A stretch of DNA of 64,000 bases, taken from positions 1,548-65,547 of the forward strand of contig DATDXI010000066.1 of NCBI GenBank assembly GCA_035289385.1. Reading direction: 5' to 3'. This stretch comes from Candidatus Nanoarchaeia archaeon. Its GTDB lineage: Archaea; Nanobdellota; Nanobdellia; Woesearchaeales; GW2011-AR9. The notes under the pieces are model-generated. The model was not told the DNA's origin. It searched no databases and saw only the letters and a program-made list of their open reading frames with translations. The position numbers were made by a program, and so were the translations under genes. Positions within the stretch are counted from its first letter, which is position 1. Every line of letters begins with the position of its first letter. This document shows positions 46,288-56,652 of this stretch, piece after piece.

Positions 46288-47466
46288 ATGAAAAAAATGA
46301 TAGGCTTGTTCATGGCCATGTTGGTGGTGATGAGTTTTCCGCTGGCATTCGCTGAAGAACAAGATGTGGATGCTGCCCTTGAGGCAGCTGTGAATGCAGA
46401 TGTAAGTGTAGATGGAGATGGAAGTGATAGTGGTGAAGAGACTGATGGCAGTACGGATGATCCGTCAACAGATGACGGGTCTGATGCAGGGTCTTCAGAT
46501 GGCTCCACTGGTGATGGAACGGCAGATGGAGAAGGAGATGAAACAGAAGATGGCAGCACTGATGGCGAAGATTCCAGTGACTCCGATGAGTCTACTGAGG
46601 ACGGATCTGCTGACAGTGATGATTCAGCGGATGATGCTGAAGATTCAGGAGCAGATGACGCAACTGATGATGGTGCAGCTTCTGATGACGGCAATGCTAC
46701 CGATGATGCCACAGAAGATGATGCTGGAGTGACGCCAGACAGTCCATTATGGGGAATCGAGCGAGCATTGGAAAGAATCGATTTGGCTTTAACCTTAAAT
46801 AAATCAAAAAAGGCCAAGAAAGGGTTAGCGCATGCTCGTGAAAGGTTAGCTGAAGTGCAGTTGATGATCGCTGCTAAGAAAGCTCAGCATGCCGAAAAAG
46901 CTCAGCAAGCCCATGATGAAGATTTAGCTGGTGTTGAAGAAGCTGTTGATGACTTGGAAAGCGACGGGAACTCTGATGTAGCCGAAGAAGCGCTGGGTGA
47001 AGTGTCTGAAATTAGGGCGAATCTTGCTGCCCATGCGGCAAAAGTTGCTGAAGTCAAAGATAGAATCCTTGCTAAGCAGAGAGCAAAGATGACCCCAGAG
47101 CAGATTGCTCATCTGGAAAAAGTCTTTGGAAAGATAAAAGCTAAGGCTGTAGAAAGTGAGCAGAAAGCTTCTGCAAAGCGCGAGAAGGTAAAAACGAAGC
47201 TCAAAGCTTTAGGCGAGCTGACAGATGAGCAAGTTGATGAGCTTGTCCAGAAGGTCGAGAAACGAACAAAATCCCAAAAGGACGGCAAAGAAGTTGAAGT
47301 CCGAGAGCGTTCCAAGGTTGATGTGAAAGATGGAAAAGCTGAAGTGAAGCAAGAGATCCGGGCAAAAGTAAAAGCTGACCTTGGTGAAGGGAAAGTAACG
47401 GGTAAAGCGACAGGCTCTGGCTCCGCTGGATCGAAAGGCGGGTCGGGAAAATCTGGCCGAGATTAA
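46288..47466 (+). CDS. Secreted protein with acidic low-complexity linker and DUF5667-like domain
   Basis: Signal peptide; D/G/S/T-rich tract; AGVTPDSPLWGIERALE...ARERLAE. Confidence 0.8.
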   Translation: MKKMIGLFMAMLVVMSFPLAFAEEQDVDAALEAAVNADVSVDGDGSDSGEETDGSTDDPSTDDGSDAGSSDGSTGDGTADGEGDETEDGSTDGEDSSDSDESTEDGSADSDDSADDAEDSGADDATDDGAASDDGNATDDATEDDAGVTPDSPLWGIERALERIDLALTLNKSKKAKKGLAHARERLAEVQLMIAAKKAQHAEKAQQAHDEDLAGVEEAVDDLESDGNSDVAEEALGEVSEIRANLAAHAAKVAEVKDRILAKQRAKMTPEQIAHLEKVFGKIKAKAVESEQKASAKREKVKTKLKALGELTDEQVDELVQKVEKRTKSQKDGKEVEVRERSKVDVKDGKAEVKQEIRAKVKADLGEGKVTGKATGSGSAGSKGGSGKSGRD

Positions 47467-47618
47467 GCCAACACGTTTTTTTTCTTTTTTTTCATATTTT
47501 TTTTTGGTTGTTCTCTCTGTTGTTCTCTGAGGTTGTCCAGTTAAATGGTTCTCTTTTTGTATTTGGCCTCTTTCCTGAAAAATGAGAGCATAATCTATTT
47601 AAATGGGTTAAGCTGTGA

Positions 47619-47969
47619 ATGGTTATGGATATTGAACTGCAAGAATTTGCTATGCCGGCTGTCAAGGTTGTCTTAACAGATAATGGGAAGGAAATCGGCC
47701 GGGGCTTTCTTTATATCATGAAAAATGAGCTTCATCAACAGCCGGGTAAGCAGTCTTTGGTGGGCTATATTGAAGATGTTTTTCTGGATGAGGAATATCG
47801 AAAGCAGCAATTAGGAAAAAAGATTGTTGAGAAAATCATTGATGAAGCAAAGAAAAGAGGCTGTTATAAGCTGATCGGAACATCACGGTATGGCCGGGAT
47901 AAATTACATGCCTATTATGAAAGCATGGGATTTAAGGATCACGGCAAGGAATTTAGGTTAGATCTGTAG
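47619..47969 (+). CDS. GNAT N-acetyltransferase (GNA1-like)
   Basis: GYIEDVF...YRKQQLG, GCYKL, YYESMGF. Confidence 0.85.
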   Translation: MVMDIELQEFAMPAVKVVLTDNGKEIGRGFLYIMKNELHQQPGKQSLVGYIEDVFLDEEYRKQQLGKKIVEKIIDEAKKRGCYKLIGTSRYGRDKLHAYYESMGFKDHGKEFRLDL

Positions 47970-47976
47970 ATCATTT

Positions 47977-48624
47977 TTATTGAGATAATTTATCATTAGA
48001 CAATTTGTCAAAATCATGATATAATCTCTGCATGAATTCTTCTAGACTCTCCTCCTGATTCTCTTCGTTATTTCCCCTTTTATTTTCAAAATGGTAAAAG
48101 ACCTTCTTGAAGAGCTGCTGGAAGTTTTTTTCTGCTACTCTTGGATGCTCTTTTAACTTGATGATAAATGTATTCCAATCTTCTGTTAGTTGATTGAAGG
48201 GAGTGACTCCTTGCTCTTCCGCCCATTCGGCAAATGATTGTTTTTTATTGCTCTCAAACCCTGGGCTTGGGAAATTTGATAGTAAATAATGGATCTTTTC
48301 ATCATTATAGAATCTGCCTACTGGAAATAGCCGACATCGGATCGGCCGGAATTTATAGATGGTGCAGAGATTTTCCTTGTCTTTAAACTTGCAGCCAAAG
48401 CGGTTATGCAATAGGCAGCGGACGATATGGGTTTCGTCGATAGTAAAGAGGGAGTACTTCTGGTGAAATTCTTCGGTGGAGAGATGAAGATTGTCGCAGA
48501 TCAGCTTGATGTCAAAAGGATAAAGGCCGATCATCGTGCTGTCACAGCACTTTCCACATTTGGTGCATTTAAACTTGAATTTGTTATGTGCTTCCTTCGC
48601 TTCGAGAGGTAAGGGCAGTTCCAT
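47977..48624 (-). CDS. YkgJ-family cysteine cluster protein
   Basis: FKCTKCGKCC, C.F...LCTIY..RP.RCRLFP. Confidence 0.87.
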   Translation of the reverse strand: MELPLPLEAKEAHNKFKFKCTKCGKCCDSTMIGLYPFDIKLICDNLHLSTEEFHQKYSLFTIDETHIVRCLLHNRFGCKFKDKENLCTIYKFRPIRCRLFPVGRFYNDEKIHYLLSNFPSPGFESNKKQSFAEWAEEQGVTPFNQLTEDWNTFIIKLKEHPRVAEKNFQQLFKKVFYHFENKRGNNEENQEESLEEFMQRLYHDFDKLSNDKLSQ

Positions 48625-48668
48625 GATGTGTTAAATATTCTTTTTTATTTTTTTTGTCGATATGAACT

Positions 48669-49439
48669 CTATTTTTTCTCTTTCTTCACTTTCCACAACT
48701 TTAGCATCTCCTCTTCCATGAAATGCATCTTGGCCGGGAAAATCAAGCAATAGGGTGGCTGACCAAAATCGATGGTTTTTATCTCTGCCAATTTTCCAAC
48801 TTTGATGATGTTATCACTGCCGATCCTAGCGCAGCCTACGACGAGAAGATTATCATGGATGACTCCTTCCTGTTTCACTTTTTCGATCTCTTCCAAACGT
48901 TCAATCGCTTCTTTTATCGTCATGAACTTATTTTTTTCTGGGTGAAGATCCAGCAGACAGAGCGTATGCATGTTCAGCAATGAATTTTCCCTCATGACCA
49001 TATAGGGCGTCTCCAGATGAGGCACATAATCTTTGAACGGAATAGATATTGTCTTGCCATATTTGTAGATCTCTAATCCTACCCTGCCCACAGCAGTGAT
49101 GATGGAAGCGTTGTTGATGATCTCTACATCCACGCCTTTTTCTTTTGCCAAGCGGAACAATTCTACGTGTGTCGTGGCAGAAAATGGATCGCCGATGACT
49201 AAGAAAGCAACATCTTTTTTTTGTGCTTCCTCAACAATCTTTTCTGCTCCCTGTTCGGCAGTTTCTCTGTTGGCGAGAGTTATCTTTTTGAGGTAGAACC
49301 GTTCCAGGTCTTCATAAGAGCATTGCAGTTTAGAAGTATAATTCTCCAGATAGATCTTGTCACATTTTCTGACAGCTTCCAGACCTTTGACGGTGATATC
49401 TTTTTCATTTCCTAAGCCGAGACCGATGATATAGAGCAT
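48669..49439 (-). CDS. dph5: Diphthine synthase
   Basis: MLYIIGLGL, ENYTS, GDPFSATTH, YKYGKT, HTLCLLD. Confidence 0.96.
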   Translation of the reverse strand: MLYIIGLGLGNEKDITVKGLEAVRKCDKIYLENYTSKLQCSYEDLERFYLKKITLANRETAEQGAEKIVEEAQKKDVAFLVIGDPFSATTHVELFRLAKEKGVDVEIINNASIITAVGRVGLEIYKYGKTISIPFKDYVPHLETPYMVMRENSLLNMHTLCLLDLHPEKNKFMTIKEAIERLEEIEKVKQEGVIHDNLLVVGCARIGSDNIIKVGKLAEIKTIDFGQPPYCLIFPAKMHFMEEEMLKLWKVKKEKK

Positions 49440-49528
49440 GATTCACTCTTTTATTCTTGTTCATATAAACCTTTGTGTACAGTAATGAGTTACCATCTGT
49501 AATGAATAGGGTTAAATCCCCTTAATCT

Positions 49529-51202
49529 TTAAATCACCTTGACCATATACGGTCCTTCTTTTTCATATCCCAGCTTTCTATAATATTCTTTGACGCCAAC
49601 ACCAGAAATGACAATCATCTTTTTCTTGCCCTGAGATAGAGCAATCTCTTCTGCTTTCTGCATCAGCTTCTTGCCCCAGCCTTTATGCTGCACTAAACCT
49701 TCTTCTCCTATAGCTGTTGCTGTGCCATAAACATGCAGTTCTCGGATCAAGGCAGAACCTTCCACTATTTCTGGACGGAGATATTCTTTAGGAAAGCGTA
49801 GCCGACAGAAGCCGATCAGCAGGTCTTGGCTCTTCTCTTCAGCAGAAATAAAAAATTCTTTTCCTCCGGAAGCAAGGTACTCTTGCACGCTGATAGTGAT
49901 GCTGTTCCATTGGATGTCTTTGCCTTTGGGTTCCCGGCAGCGGATACATCGACAATGGATCTTCTGTGTTTCAAACATATGTTGGCGTAAATTGGTTCTA
50001 TCAACACCAGCTTCCCAGTATTTGGTGGGAACATCTCTCTGGACTCTTTGAATTCGGCAATATTCTGGAACAGATTGTTTCCATTCTGCTATCCTTGATG
50101 ATGCTTCTTCGGTGGTGATAGGTACAAACAGCCCTTTCTTCCATTGGTGGTAGAGTGCCGTTCCCGGACCGACCATGCAGGGATACATCTTGATCATATC
50201 GGGCTTATATCCTTCGTCAGTAAACAACTCTTTCATGCCATGGAGATCCCTAGTTCTGTCTGTCAATGGCAAACCCGGCATGTAATGAATATTTATTTTC
50301 AATCCTAGATCTCTTAAAATTTGAATAGATCTTTTTGAATCAGCAGAATCATGGCCACGATGAACTTCTTTAAGGACATCATCATATACTGACTGGATGC
50401 CCAGCTCTACTCTGGTGCAGCCTTGACGCAACATCTCATTGCCATGCTCTAAGAAACCCCAGTCGGGCTTTGTCTCGATGCATAAGGCTACACATCGCAC
50501 ATTTGCCGTTTCATTCTTGAGCTGTTCCTGCTCTAATGTTGTCTGCGTGGCATGTTTTACCAGTAATGCTTTCTGCTTGATCTTTGTTTCCCTTTCTTGA
50601 TCATGCATCTCTCCGGGAAGCTCAAAAAATTCTTTGAATTTCAGATAATCAAAATCTCCTTGATGGAAGAAAAGATCAGAAAAATCATTCATCGCCTTGA
50701 ACGTATCGTAGATAAATTGCTCTTGGTATGTTTTCTCTGTTGCCGTAAATGTTCCCCCCATGACAATAATTTCCACTTTATCAAAGGCCTGGCCGAGCAA
50801 GACATATTGCTGCAGTCGGTTAAAAACTTGTAGGTAAGCATCATAATCATTTCGCATTCCCCTCATTGTTGCTGGTTCATGACCAGTATATGACTGAGGA
50901 ACATCTCCCCAGGGGCTATTTAATCCGCCGGGGCAGAAGGTACATTTTCCATGAGGGCATTTGTCTGGCTTGGTCATCAGCGCTACGGGGGCGACACCAG
51001 AGATGGTTCTTGTCGGTTTTGTAAGAAGTTTTTTTCGTAATACGGCCATCTCCTGCTCGGGAGCATGCATCAAGACATCGATGTTTGTAGGAATTCTCTT
51101 GAGCCTGTGCTTCAATGCAGCAGCTCTTTTTACTTTAGCCCATTCTTTTTCCTGATAGGTGTTCTGCCGTACTTCCTGCAAGAGCTCTTCATAAAATGCC
51201 AT
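49529..51202 (-). CDS. elp3: Elp3 tRNA uridine(34) modification enzyme (radical SAM + acetyltransferase)
   Basis: KPTRTISGV, CPHGKCTFCPGG, QSYTG.EP, RELHVYG, QHKG.G. Confidence 0.96.
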   Translation of the reverse strand: MAFYEELLQEVRQNTYQEKEWAKVKRAAALKHRLKRIPTNIDVLMHAPEQEMAVLRKKLLTKPTRTISGVAPVALMTKPDKCPHGKCTFCPGGLNSPWGDVPQSYTGHEPATMRGMRNDYDAYLQVFNRLQQYVLLGQAFDKVEIIVMGGTFTATEKTYQEQFIYDTFKAMNDFSDLFFHQGDFDYLKFKEFFELPGEMHDQERETKIKQKALLVKHATQTTLEQEQLKNETANVRCVALCIETKPDWGFLEHGNEMLRQGCTRVELGIQSVYDDVLKEVHRGHDSADSKRSIQILRDLGLKINIHYMPGLPLTDRTRDLHGMKELFTDEGYKPDMIKMYPCMVGPGTALYHQWKKGLFVPITTEEASSRIAEWKQSVPEYCRIQRVQRDVPTKYWEAGVDRTNLRQHMFETQKIHCRCIRCREPKGKDIQWNSITISVQEYLASGGKEFFISAEEKSQDLLIGFCRLRFPKEYLRPEIVEGSALIRELHVYGTATAIGEEGLVQHKGWGKKLMQKAEEIALSQGKKKMIVISGVGVKEYYRKLGYEKEGPYMVKVI

Positions 51203-51361
51203 ATCTTTGCCTATTTCAAGCCTCTTTTTTAAGACTTTCTTGAGAAATGTGATCGTTATTTTTGTCTTTGTAGTGATGGATAGCGCTCAATATCTGTATT
51301 TCCCTCTACCTCTCATTTTTTGCCGTAAGATTTATAAATACTTAACGATAGTTAATCTCTT

Positions 51362-51958
51362 ATGGTCATGGCAAAACAAGTATCAAAAACCGTTCAATTA
51401 AAGGAAGTTGAGCAAGCTATTACAGAAGAGACTACCATAGGAGATGTCGTCAAGAATTATCCAGAAGTAGTTGACACGTTGTTAAGCTTCGGCGTGCATT
51501 GCGTCGGCTGCCATGTTTCGGAATGGGAAGCTTTAGGTGATGGTTTACGCGGTCACGGCATGGAGGAAGAAGAAGTACAAAGTGCTATTGCAACCTTAAA
51601 TAAAGTAGTTGAAGAGCATAAGTCGGAGAGTAAGCAAGGGAATAATTTCACTTTTACCGGATTAGCATTACAAAAAATAAAAGAAGTGCTGAAGAAAGAG
51701 AAGAAAGCAGGGTTGAGGATAAAAGTGGAGCATGGTGGCTGTGCTGGATTTAGTTATGGGTTTAGCCTTACCAGCACTCCAAAAGAGGATGAGCAGGTCG
51801 TGGAAGAAGCTGGCGTGAAAGTCTTTGTCAGCCCGTTCTCGTTAGAGAAGATGAAAGGATCGACGATCGATTATGTTGATGGCTTGCAGGGTGCTGGATT
51901 TAAAGTAAGTAATCCTAATGCGAAGAGGAGCTGCGGCTGTGGCAATAGTTTCGGGTAG
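51362..51958 (+). CDS. DUF1858 domain fused to IscA/HesB Fe-S carrier
   Basis: GVHCVGC...HG; GGCAGFSY, NPNA..SCGCGNSF. Confidence 0.9.
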   Translation: MVMAKQVSKTVQLKEVEQAITEETTIGDVVKNYPEVVDTLLSFGVHCVGCHVSEWEALGDGLRGHGMEEEEVQSAIATLNKVVEEHKSESKQGNNFTFTGLALQKIKEVLKKEKKAGLRIKVEHGGCAGFSYGFSLTSTPKEDEQVVEEAGVKVFVSPFSLEKMKGSTIDYVDGLQGAGFKVSNPNAKRSCGCGNSFG

Positions 51959-51973
51959 TGTTCTGGAGATTTC

Positions 51974-52633
51974 ATGCAAGATAAAGATTTAGATGCTATT
52001 GTTTTTTTAGTTGAACATGGTCATGAGCTTGCGTTAGAAGGAGATCTTCATGTCAAAGAACTGTTGGCATTATTGGATTATGGGCTGAATGGATCTGCTG
52101 ATGGCACTTCTGAAAAACTATCAATAGCTCTTCGCCAGCATGTCGTTATGAGCAGTTATCAGTATTCTCCGACACCATATGATCAAGAAGTAGCCCAGAT
52201 GCTTCTTCAACAAGCTGAGCCAGATCTTCAAGCATATCTTCGGCGTCTTCCTCCTGTTATTCGTGATGCTGAAGAGGTTTTTGGTGATACTATTGTGGAT
52301 AATGCCTTTCTGCATAGAGCTTATATGGGAATGGTAGAAGTGGTGATCGCGGAGACGCAAGAGGAGATTCTTCATTATCAGCGAAAGATCGCTGCAGCTG
52401 GAGATATTTTAGAAACAGACCTTTTAGATACACATAGAATTTATCGTCGTATGAAAGCAAGGGGAGAAGATCCTAATGCTCCAGAAGATCGGCCTTGGCA
52501 GGAAATCATGCAAGAATTTTTACAGGTTGAGGAAGAACGCTTGCCGGCGCTGCGTCTTTACCGTGAAGAATTGATGAAAGGATTAGATCGGGGAGAATAC
52601 GTTTTAAGGTTGCCGGCTGTACGAGGGGTTTAG
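51974..52633 (+). CDS. Hypothetical protein
   Basis: 219-aa ORF. Confidence 0.65.
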   Translation: MQDKDLDAIVFLVEHGHELALEGDLHVKELLALLDYGLNGSADGTSEKLSIALRQHVVMSSYQYSPTPYDQEVAQMLLQQAEPDLQAYLRRLPPVIRDAEEVFGDTIVDNAFLHRAYMGMVEVVIAETQEEILHYQRKIAAAGDILETDLLDTHRIYRRMKARGEDPNAPEDRPWQEIMQEFLQVEEERLPALRLYREELMKGLDRGEYVLRLPAVRGV

Positions 52634-52729
52634 GTGGTTAATCCTATTGCCTTTAGCAAGAGATGCATCAGCAACTTTTTTCTTTTCAAACCAAAAAATA
52701 TTTATACTTCTGAGTAGTTACTATATTTT

Positions 52730-53056
52730 ATGGGTCTTTACCATCATTTAAGGGCAGCTGCAGTTTATGCAGCACTAACTATTCCTATTTGGGTTCCTCT
52801 AGCAGTAGGTGGAGTAAAAGTAGCCCAGTCAGAAAGAATAGATGGATATAGTGTCCGTCAAGCGAATATTGGCCGTTGTGATGATGATGGATTGACTTGC
52901 ACCTATTGGAGTGATAGCAATGGTGATGGGCAGTTTGATACAAAACAAAGAGCAATATTAATGCCACCGGCAAGAAGCCCTTCACTTATTGTTGATGTGC
53001 CGTTTAGAGAAGAAGATAGAAGATTAACAGACAGTTTAGTTGCACGGTTGAAGTAA
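52730..53056 (+). CDS. Hypothetical secreted protein
   Basis: N-terminal TM; DSNGDGQFD Ca-binding-like loop. Confidence 0.65.
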   Translation: MGLYHHLRAAAVYAALTIPIWVPLAVGGVKVAQSERIDGYSVRQANIGRCDDDGLTCTYWSDSNGDGQFDTKQRAILMPPARSPSLIVDVPFREEDRRLTDSLVARLK

Positions 53057-53169
53057 ATTTTTCTTCTAGAATTTCTCTTTGCCTCATTTATGGCAGTATT
53101 ATCCTACTTAACTTTCTTTAGCCTCTTCCATCAAAATATATATAAAAGCAATAAGATTTTCTGCCTTAA

Positions 53170-54921
53170 ATGAAATATCATGACCTTAAACAGAAATACT
53201 TGGATTATTTTAAGAGAAAACAGCACGTCATCATCGAATCAGCTCCTTTAATCCCGGAGAATGATCCTACCGTCTTATTCACTACGGCAGGGATGCATCC
53301 TCTCGTTCCGTATTTAGTGGGGGAGAAGCATCCTCTCGGCAAACGATTAGTTGATGTTCAGAAATGTATCAGGACTGGAGACATCGATGAAGTTGGTGAT
53401 ACGACTCACCATACGTTCTTTGAGATGCTGGGAAATTGGAGTTTGGGTGATTATTTTAAAAAAGAAGCTATCCCATACACATTTGAATTTTTAACAAAAG
53501 TTCTTAAGCTTCCTATCGATAAGTTAGGTGTTTCCTGCTTTAAAGGAGATACATCTGCTCCGAAAGATGAAGAAGCAGCCAAGACCTGGCTGTCATTAGG
53601 CATCCCAAAAGAAAGGATAGCCTATTTAGGGAAAGAAGATAATTGGTGGGGGCCAGCCGGTGAAACTGGACCTTGCGGTCCTTGCACGGAAATTTATTTC
53701 TGGACTTCAGATGTGCCAGCGCCAAAAGCATTTGACGTGAATGACAAGAGATGGGTGGAAATTGGCAATGATGTATTGATGGAATATGAAAAGCATAAGG
53801 ATGGTACGTTTACCCCCTTGAAGCAGAAGAATATCGATTTTGGTGGGGGAGTAGAAAGGACGTTAGCTGTCTTGAATGGCTTGGATGATAATTACCTTAC
53901 TGAAGTCTTTTTGCCGATAATAAAAAGTATAGAAAAGATGACAAAACGAAAATATGCTGATAACAAGCGGCTGATGAGGATCGTTGCTGACCATATCAGG
54001 GCAGCAGTCTTTATCTTAGGCGATGAAAAAGGTGTTGTTCCTTCCAATCTTGACCAAGGATATATTTTACGAAGATTTATCCGAAGATCAATCAGGAATC
54101 TGAAGACGTTAGGACTGTCCATTGAGAATATTGATCTCACTCCTTTAGCAGATGTGGTGATCAAGATTTATAAGGATGATTATCCTCTGTTGGTAGAGAA
54201 ACAGCATTTTATCAAAGAAGAGCTGCATAAAGAGCAGGAAAAATTTAAGCTGACGTTAGAGAAAGGCTTGAAAGAATTTGCCAAGATGTCTGATAAAAAT
54301 ATCTCTGCCCCAGATGCTTTCTTATTATTCCAAAGTTATGGCTTCCCTTTAGAGATGACCCAAGAATTAGCGCAAGAGAAAGGCCTTACTGTTGATGCTG
54401 TCGGTTTCCGTCGAGAGTTTGAGAAGCATCAGGAATTATCCCGAGTAGGGGCGGAACAGAAATTTAAAGGCGGCTTGTCAGATGCGTCGGAAGAAACCAA
54501 GAGACTGCATACGGCAACTCATTTGTTGAATGAAGCGCTGCGAAAAGTCATCTCTCCTGATATTCGACAGAGGGGATCAAATATCACCCCGGAACGATTG
54601 AGGTTTGATTTTAATTTTGACAGGAAATTAACTCCTGAAGAAGTCAAGGCAGTGGAAGAGGAAGTGAATAGTGTTATTGCCAGAAAGCTGAATGTTATCC
54701 GAAAAGAAATGCTGTTAGAGGAAGCGGAAAAATTAGGCGCTCAGAAAGAGTTTGGGCATAAGTATCCTCCGAAAGTTTCCGTCTATTTTGTGGGTGATTA
54801 TTCAAAAGAGTTCTGTGGTGGCCCGCACGTTTCCAACACTTCAGAATTGGGGCATTTCAAGATCGTTAAAGAAGAGTCATCTGCTGCCGGAATTAGAAGG
54901 ATAAAGGCGGTGTTGGGGTAG
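53170..54921 (+). CDS. alaS: Alanine--tRNA ligase, short form lacking C-Ala
   Basis: LFTTAGM, HHTFFEMLGNWS, GPCGPCTE, HTATHLL, EFCGGPHV, AAGIRRIKA at the C-terminus. Confidence 0.96.
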   Translation: MKYHDLKQKYLDYFKRKQHVIIESAPLIPENDPTVLFTTAGMHPLVPYLVGEKHPLGKRLVDVQKCIRTGDIDEVGDTTHHTFFEMLGNWSLGDYFKKEAIPYTFEFLTKVLKLPIDKLGVSCFKGDTSAPKDEEAAKTWLSLGIPKERIAYLGKEDNWWGPAGETGPCGPCTEIYFWTSDVPAPKAFDVNDKRWVEIGNDVLMEYEKHKDGTFTPLKQKNIDFGGGVERTLAVLNGLDDNYLTEVFLPIIKSIEKMTKRKYADNKRLMRIVADHIRAAVFILGDEKGVVPSNLDQGYILRRFIRRSIRNLKTLGLSIENIDLTPLADVVIKIYKDDYPLLVEKQHFIKEELHKEQEKFKLTLEKGLKEFAKMSDKNISAPDAFLLFQSYGFPLEMTQELAQEKGLTVDAVGFRREFEKHQELSRVGAEQKFKGGLSDASEETKRLHTATHLLNEALRKVISPDIRQRGSNITPERLRFDFNFDRKLTPEEVKAVEEEVNSVIARKLNVIRKEMLLEEAEKLGAQKEFGHKYPPKVSVYFVGDYSKEFCGGPHVSNTSELGHFKIVKEESSAAGIRRIKAVLG

Positions 54922-54989
54922 AGAGAGTTTCTGAAAGTTTTTGAGTGAACCAGCAAAGGCTTAAAAAGGCTGAAATACTTCTTCTCTCT

Positions 54990-55859
54990 ATGTTAAATGC
55001 AAGTCTTAAAAAAAGGTTGATAGCAGCTCAAGTGAGTGAAATTACGGAGCATTATATCTACAAGCGCTTATCGGAAAAGATCCATGACCCTCAGAATAAG
55101 AAAATTCTTCATGAAATTGCTGAAGATGAATTAAAACATTACAATCTCTGGAAGAAATATACTCAGCAAGAGCCCAAGCCAAACAGAAAGAAGATGTGGT
55201 GGTACTATCTTATGGCCAGGATCTTTGGCTTGACGTTTGGCGTAAAGCTGATGGAGAAAGGAGAGAGAAAAGCTCAGGTTCATTATAATCGATTGACGGG
55301 AATCCTTGCTGAAGCCAAGCTCGTCATCAAAGACGAAGAAAGGCATGAGCAGTCGCTGATCAATCTGTTAGAAGAAGAGAAATTGTCCTATATCGGCTCT
55401 GTCGTTTTGGGATTGAATGATGCTTTGGTTGAATTAACCGGCGCTTTAGCTGGATTTACTCTGGCTTTGCAAAACACTCAACTGATTGCAGTAGTTGGAT
55501 TGATCACAGGGTTTGCTGCTTCATTGTCGATGGCCGCTTCTGAGTATCTGTCGAAGAAAGCCGATGATGGAGGCAAACAACCGTTGACGTCATCGATCTA
55601 TACAGGAATTGCTTACATCTTTACCGTCTTATTATTAGTCTTCCCTTATTTTGTCCTTAGCAATGTTTATTATGCACTGAGCTGGACGATAGGGAATGCG
55701 ATAGTTATCATTTTCTTATTCACTTTTTATGTGTCTATCGCCAGAGGATATTCATTTCGCAAAAAATTTTGGGAGATGATCATCATCAGCTTAGGAGTTG
55801 CTGCACTAAGCTTTGGTATAGGGTATCTTATCAGGACATTTTTAGGGGTTGATGTTTAG
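54990..55859 (+). CDS. Ferritin/rubrerythrin-like + VIT1/CCC1 membrane protein
   Basis: DELKH, DEERHE; VLGLNDALVE, SMAASEYLS. Confidence 0.9.
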   Translation: MLNASLKKRLIAAQVSEITEHYIYKRLSEKIHDPQNKKILHEIAEDELKHYNLWKKYTQQEPKPNRKKMWWYYLMARIFGLTFGVKLMEKGERKAQVHYNRLTGILAEAKLVIKDEERHEQSLINLLEEEKLSYIGSVVLGLNDALVELTGALAGFTLALQNTQLIAVVGLITGFAASLSMAASEYLSKKADDGGKQPLTSSIYTGIAYIFTVLLLVFPYFVLSNVYYALSWTIGNAIVIIFLFTFYVSIARGYSFRKKFWEMIIISLGVAALSFGIGYLIRTFLGVDV

Positions 55860-55929
55860 ATAGATATGTTTTTTAATAGGGAAGAGGATAACTACTATAT
55901 TATGATTATATCATGATTGGAACTATACC

Positions 55930-56367
55930 ATGACAGGAAAACGAACATTTATCGATCATACTGCTGATATCCTATTTGAAGCGCAAGGCAGCACCATCGA
56001 AGAATTATTTGAGCAATGCGGCTTAGCCGTAGAGGAAACTCAGGTTGAGCTATCTACCGTCAAGCCGGCTATCAAGAAAGTCTTTCATCTGGAGAATGCA
56101 AAAGTAGATGCCTTATTGTTTGATTTTCTGGATGATCTGCTCTTTTACAAAGATGCGGAGCAATTACTTTTTTCCAAATTTGTATTGAAATTAGATAAGC
56201 CGCAAGGAAATTCTCCTAATTTTCGTTTAGAAGTGCAGGCTTACGGCCAGAAGATTGATGTGAAGAAGCATGGGCTGAAGGTTGATATCAAAGCCATCAC
56301 CATGCATATGTTTGAAGTTAAGAAAACTGCTAAGGGATGGAAAGCAAAAGTGTTGGTGGATATTTAA
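55930..56367 (+). CDS. Archease
   Basis: DHTAD, IKAITMH, VLVDI. Confidence 0.95.
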   Translation: MTGKRTFIDHTADILFEAQGSTIEELFEQCGLAVEETQVELSTVKPAIKKVFHLENAKVDALLFDFLDDLLFYKDAEQLLFSKFVLKLDKPQGNSPNFRLEVQAYGQKIDVKKHGLKVDIKAITMHMFEVKKTAKGWKAKVLVDI

Positions 56368-56407
56368 TTGGGAATAGATTTTTATATTCTATAGTCCTTC
56401 TTTCCTT

Positions 56408-56563
56408 ATGGTCTATTACAGTTCGTCAATGCCGAAGTATCAGGGTTCTGCAGGGGGAAGTTCAACGTATGCGGGATCTTCCGCCTATGTCGTAAAATCT
56501 AATTCTGTCTGCTGCGGGTCATTCAGTAGAGGACAGAGATGTAGGGGTTGTCCGGGAGGATGA
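56408..56563 (+). CDS. 51-aa Ser/Gly-rich peptide with CC-x8-CxxCP motif (not in ORF track)
   Basis: MVYYSSSMPKYQGSAGGSSTYAGSSAYVVKSNSVCCGSFSRGQRCRGCPGG; TATA at ~56379. Confidence 0.6.
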   Translation: MVYYSSSMPKYQGSAGGSSTYAGSSAYVVKSNSVCCGSFSRGQRCRGCPGG

Positions 56564-56652
56564 TTCTTATGTTAAAGAACTCGAGGATATAGTGTCACTC
56601 TCAAGTTGTAAAAAACAAAAGGTTTATAAATAGCAGTTCTTTATCATATCTT

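Noticed and set aside
46248..46817. Ser-rich minus-strand ORF and Met-rich alternative frame
   Set aside because: Shadow frames of the acidic low-complexity region of the plus-strand gene
53170..54921. Truncated alaS pseudogene
   Set aside because: Catalytic and editing domains are complete; short AlaRS forms without C-Ala are known
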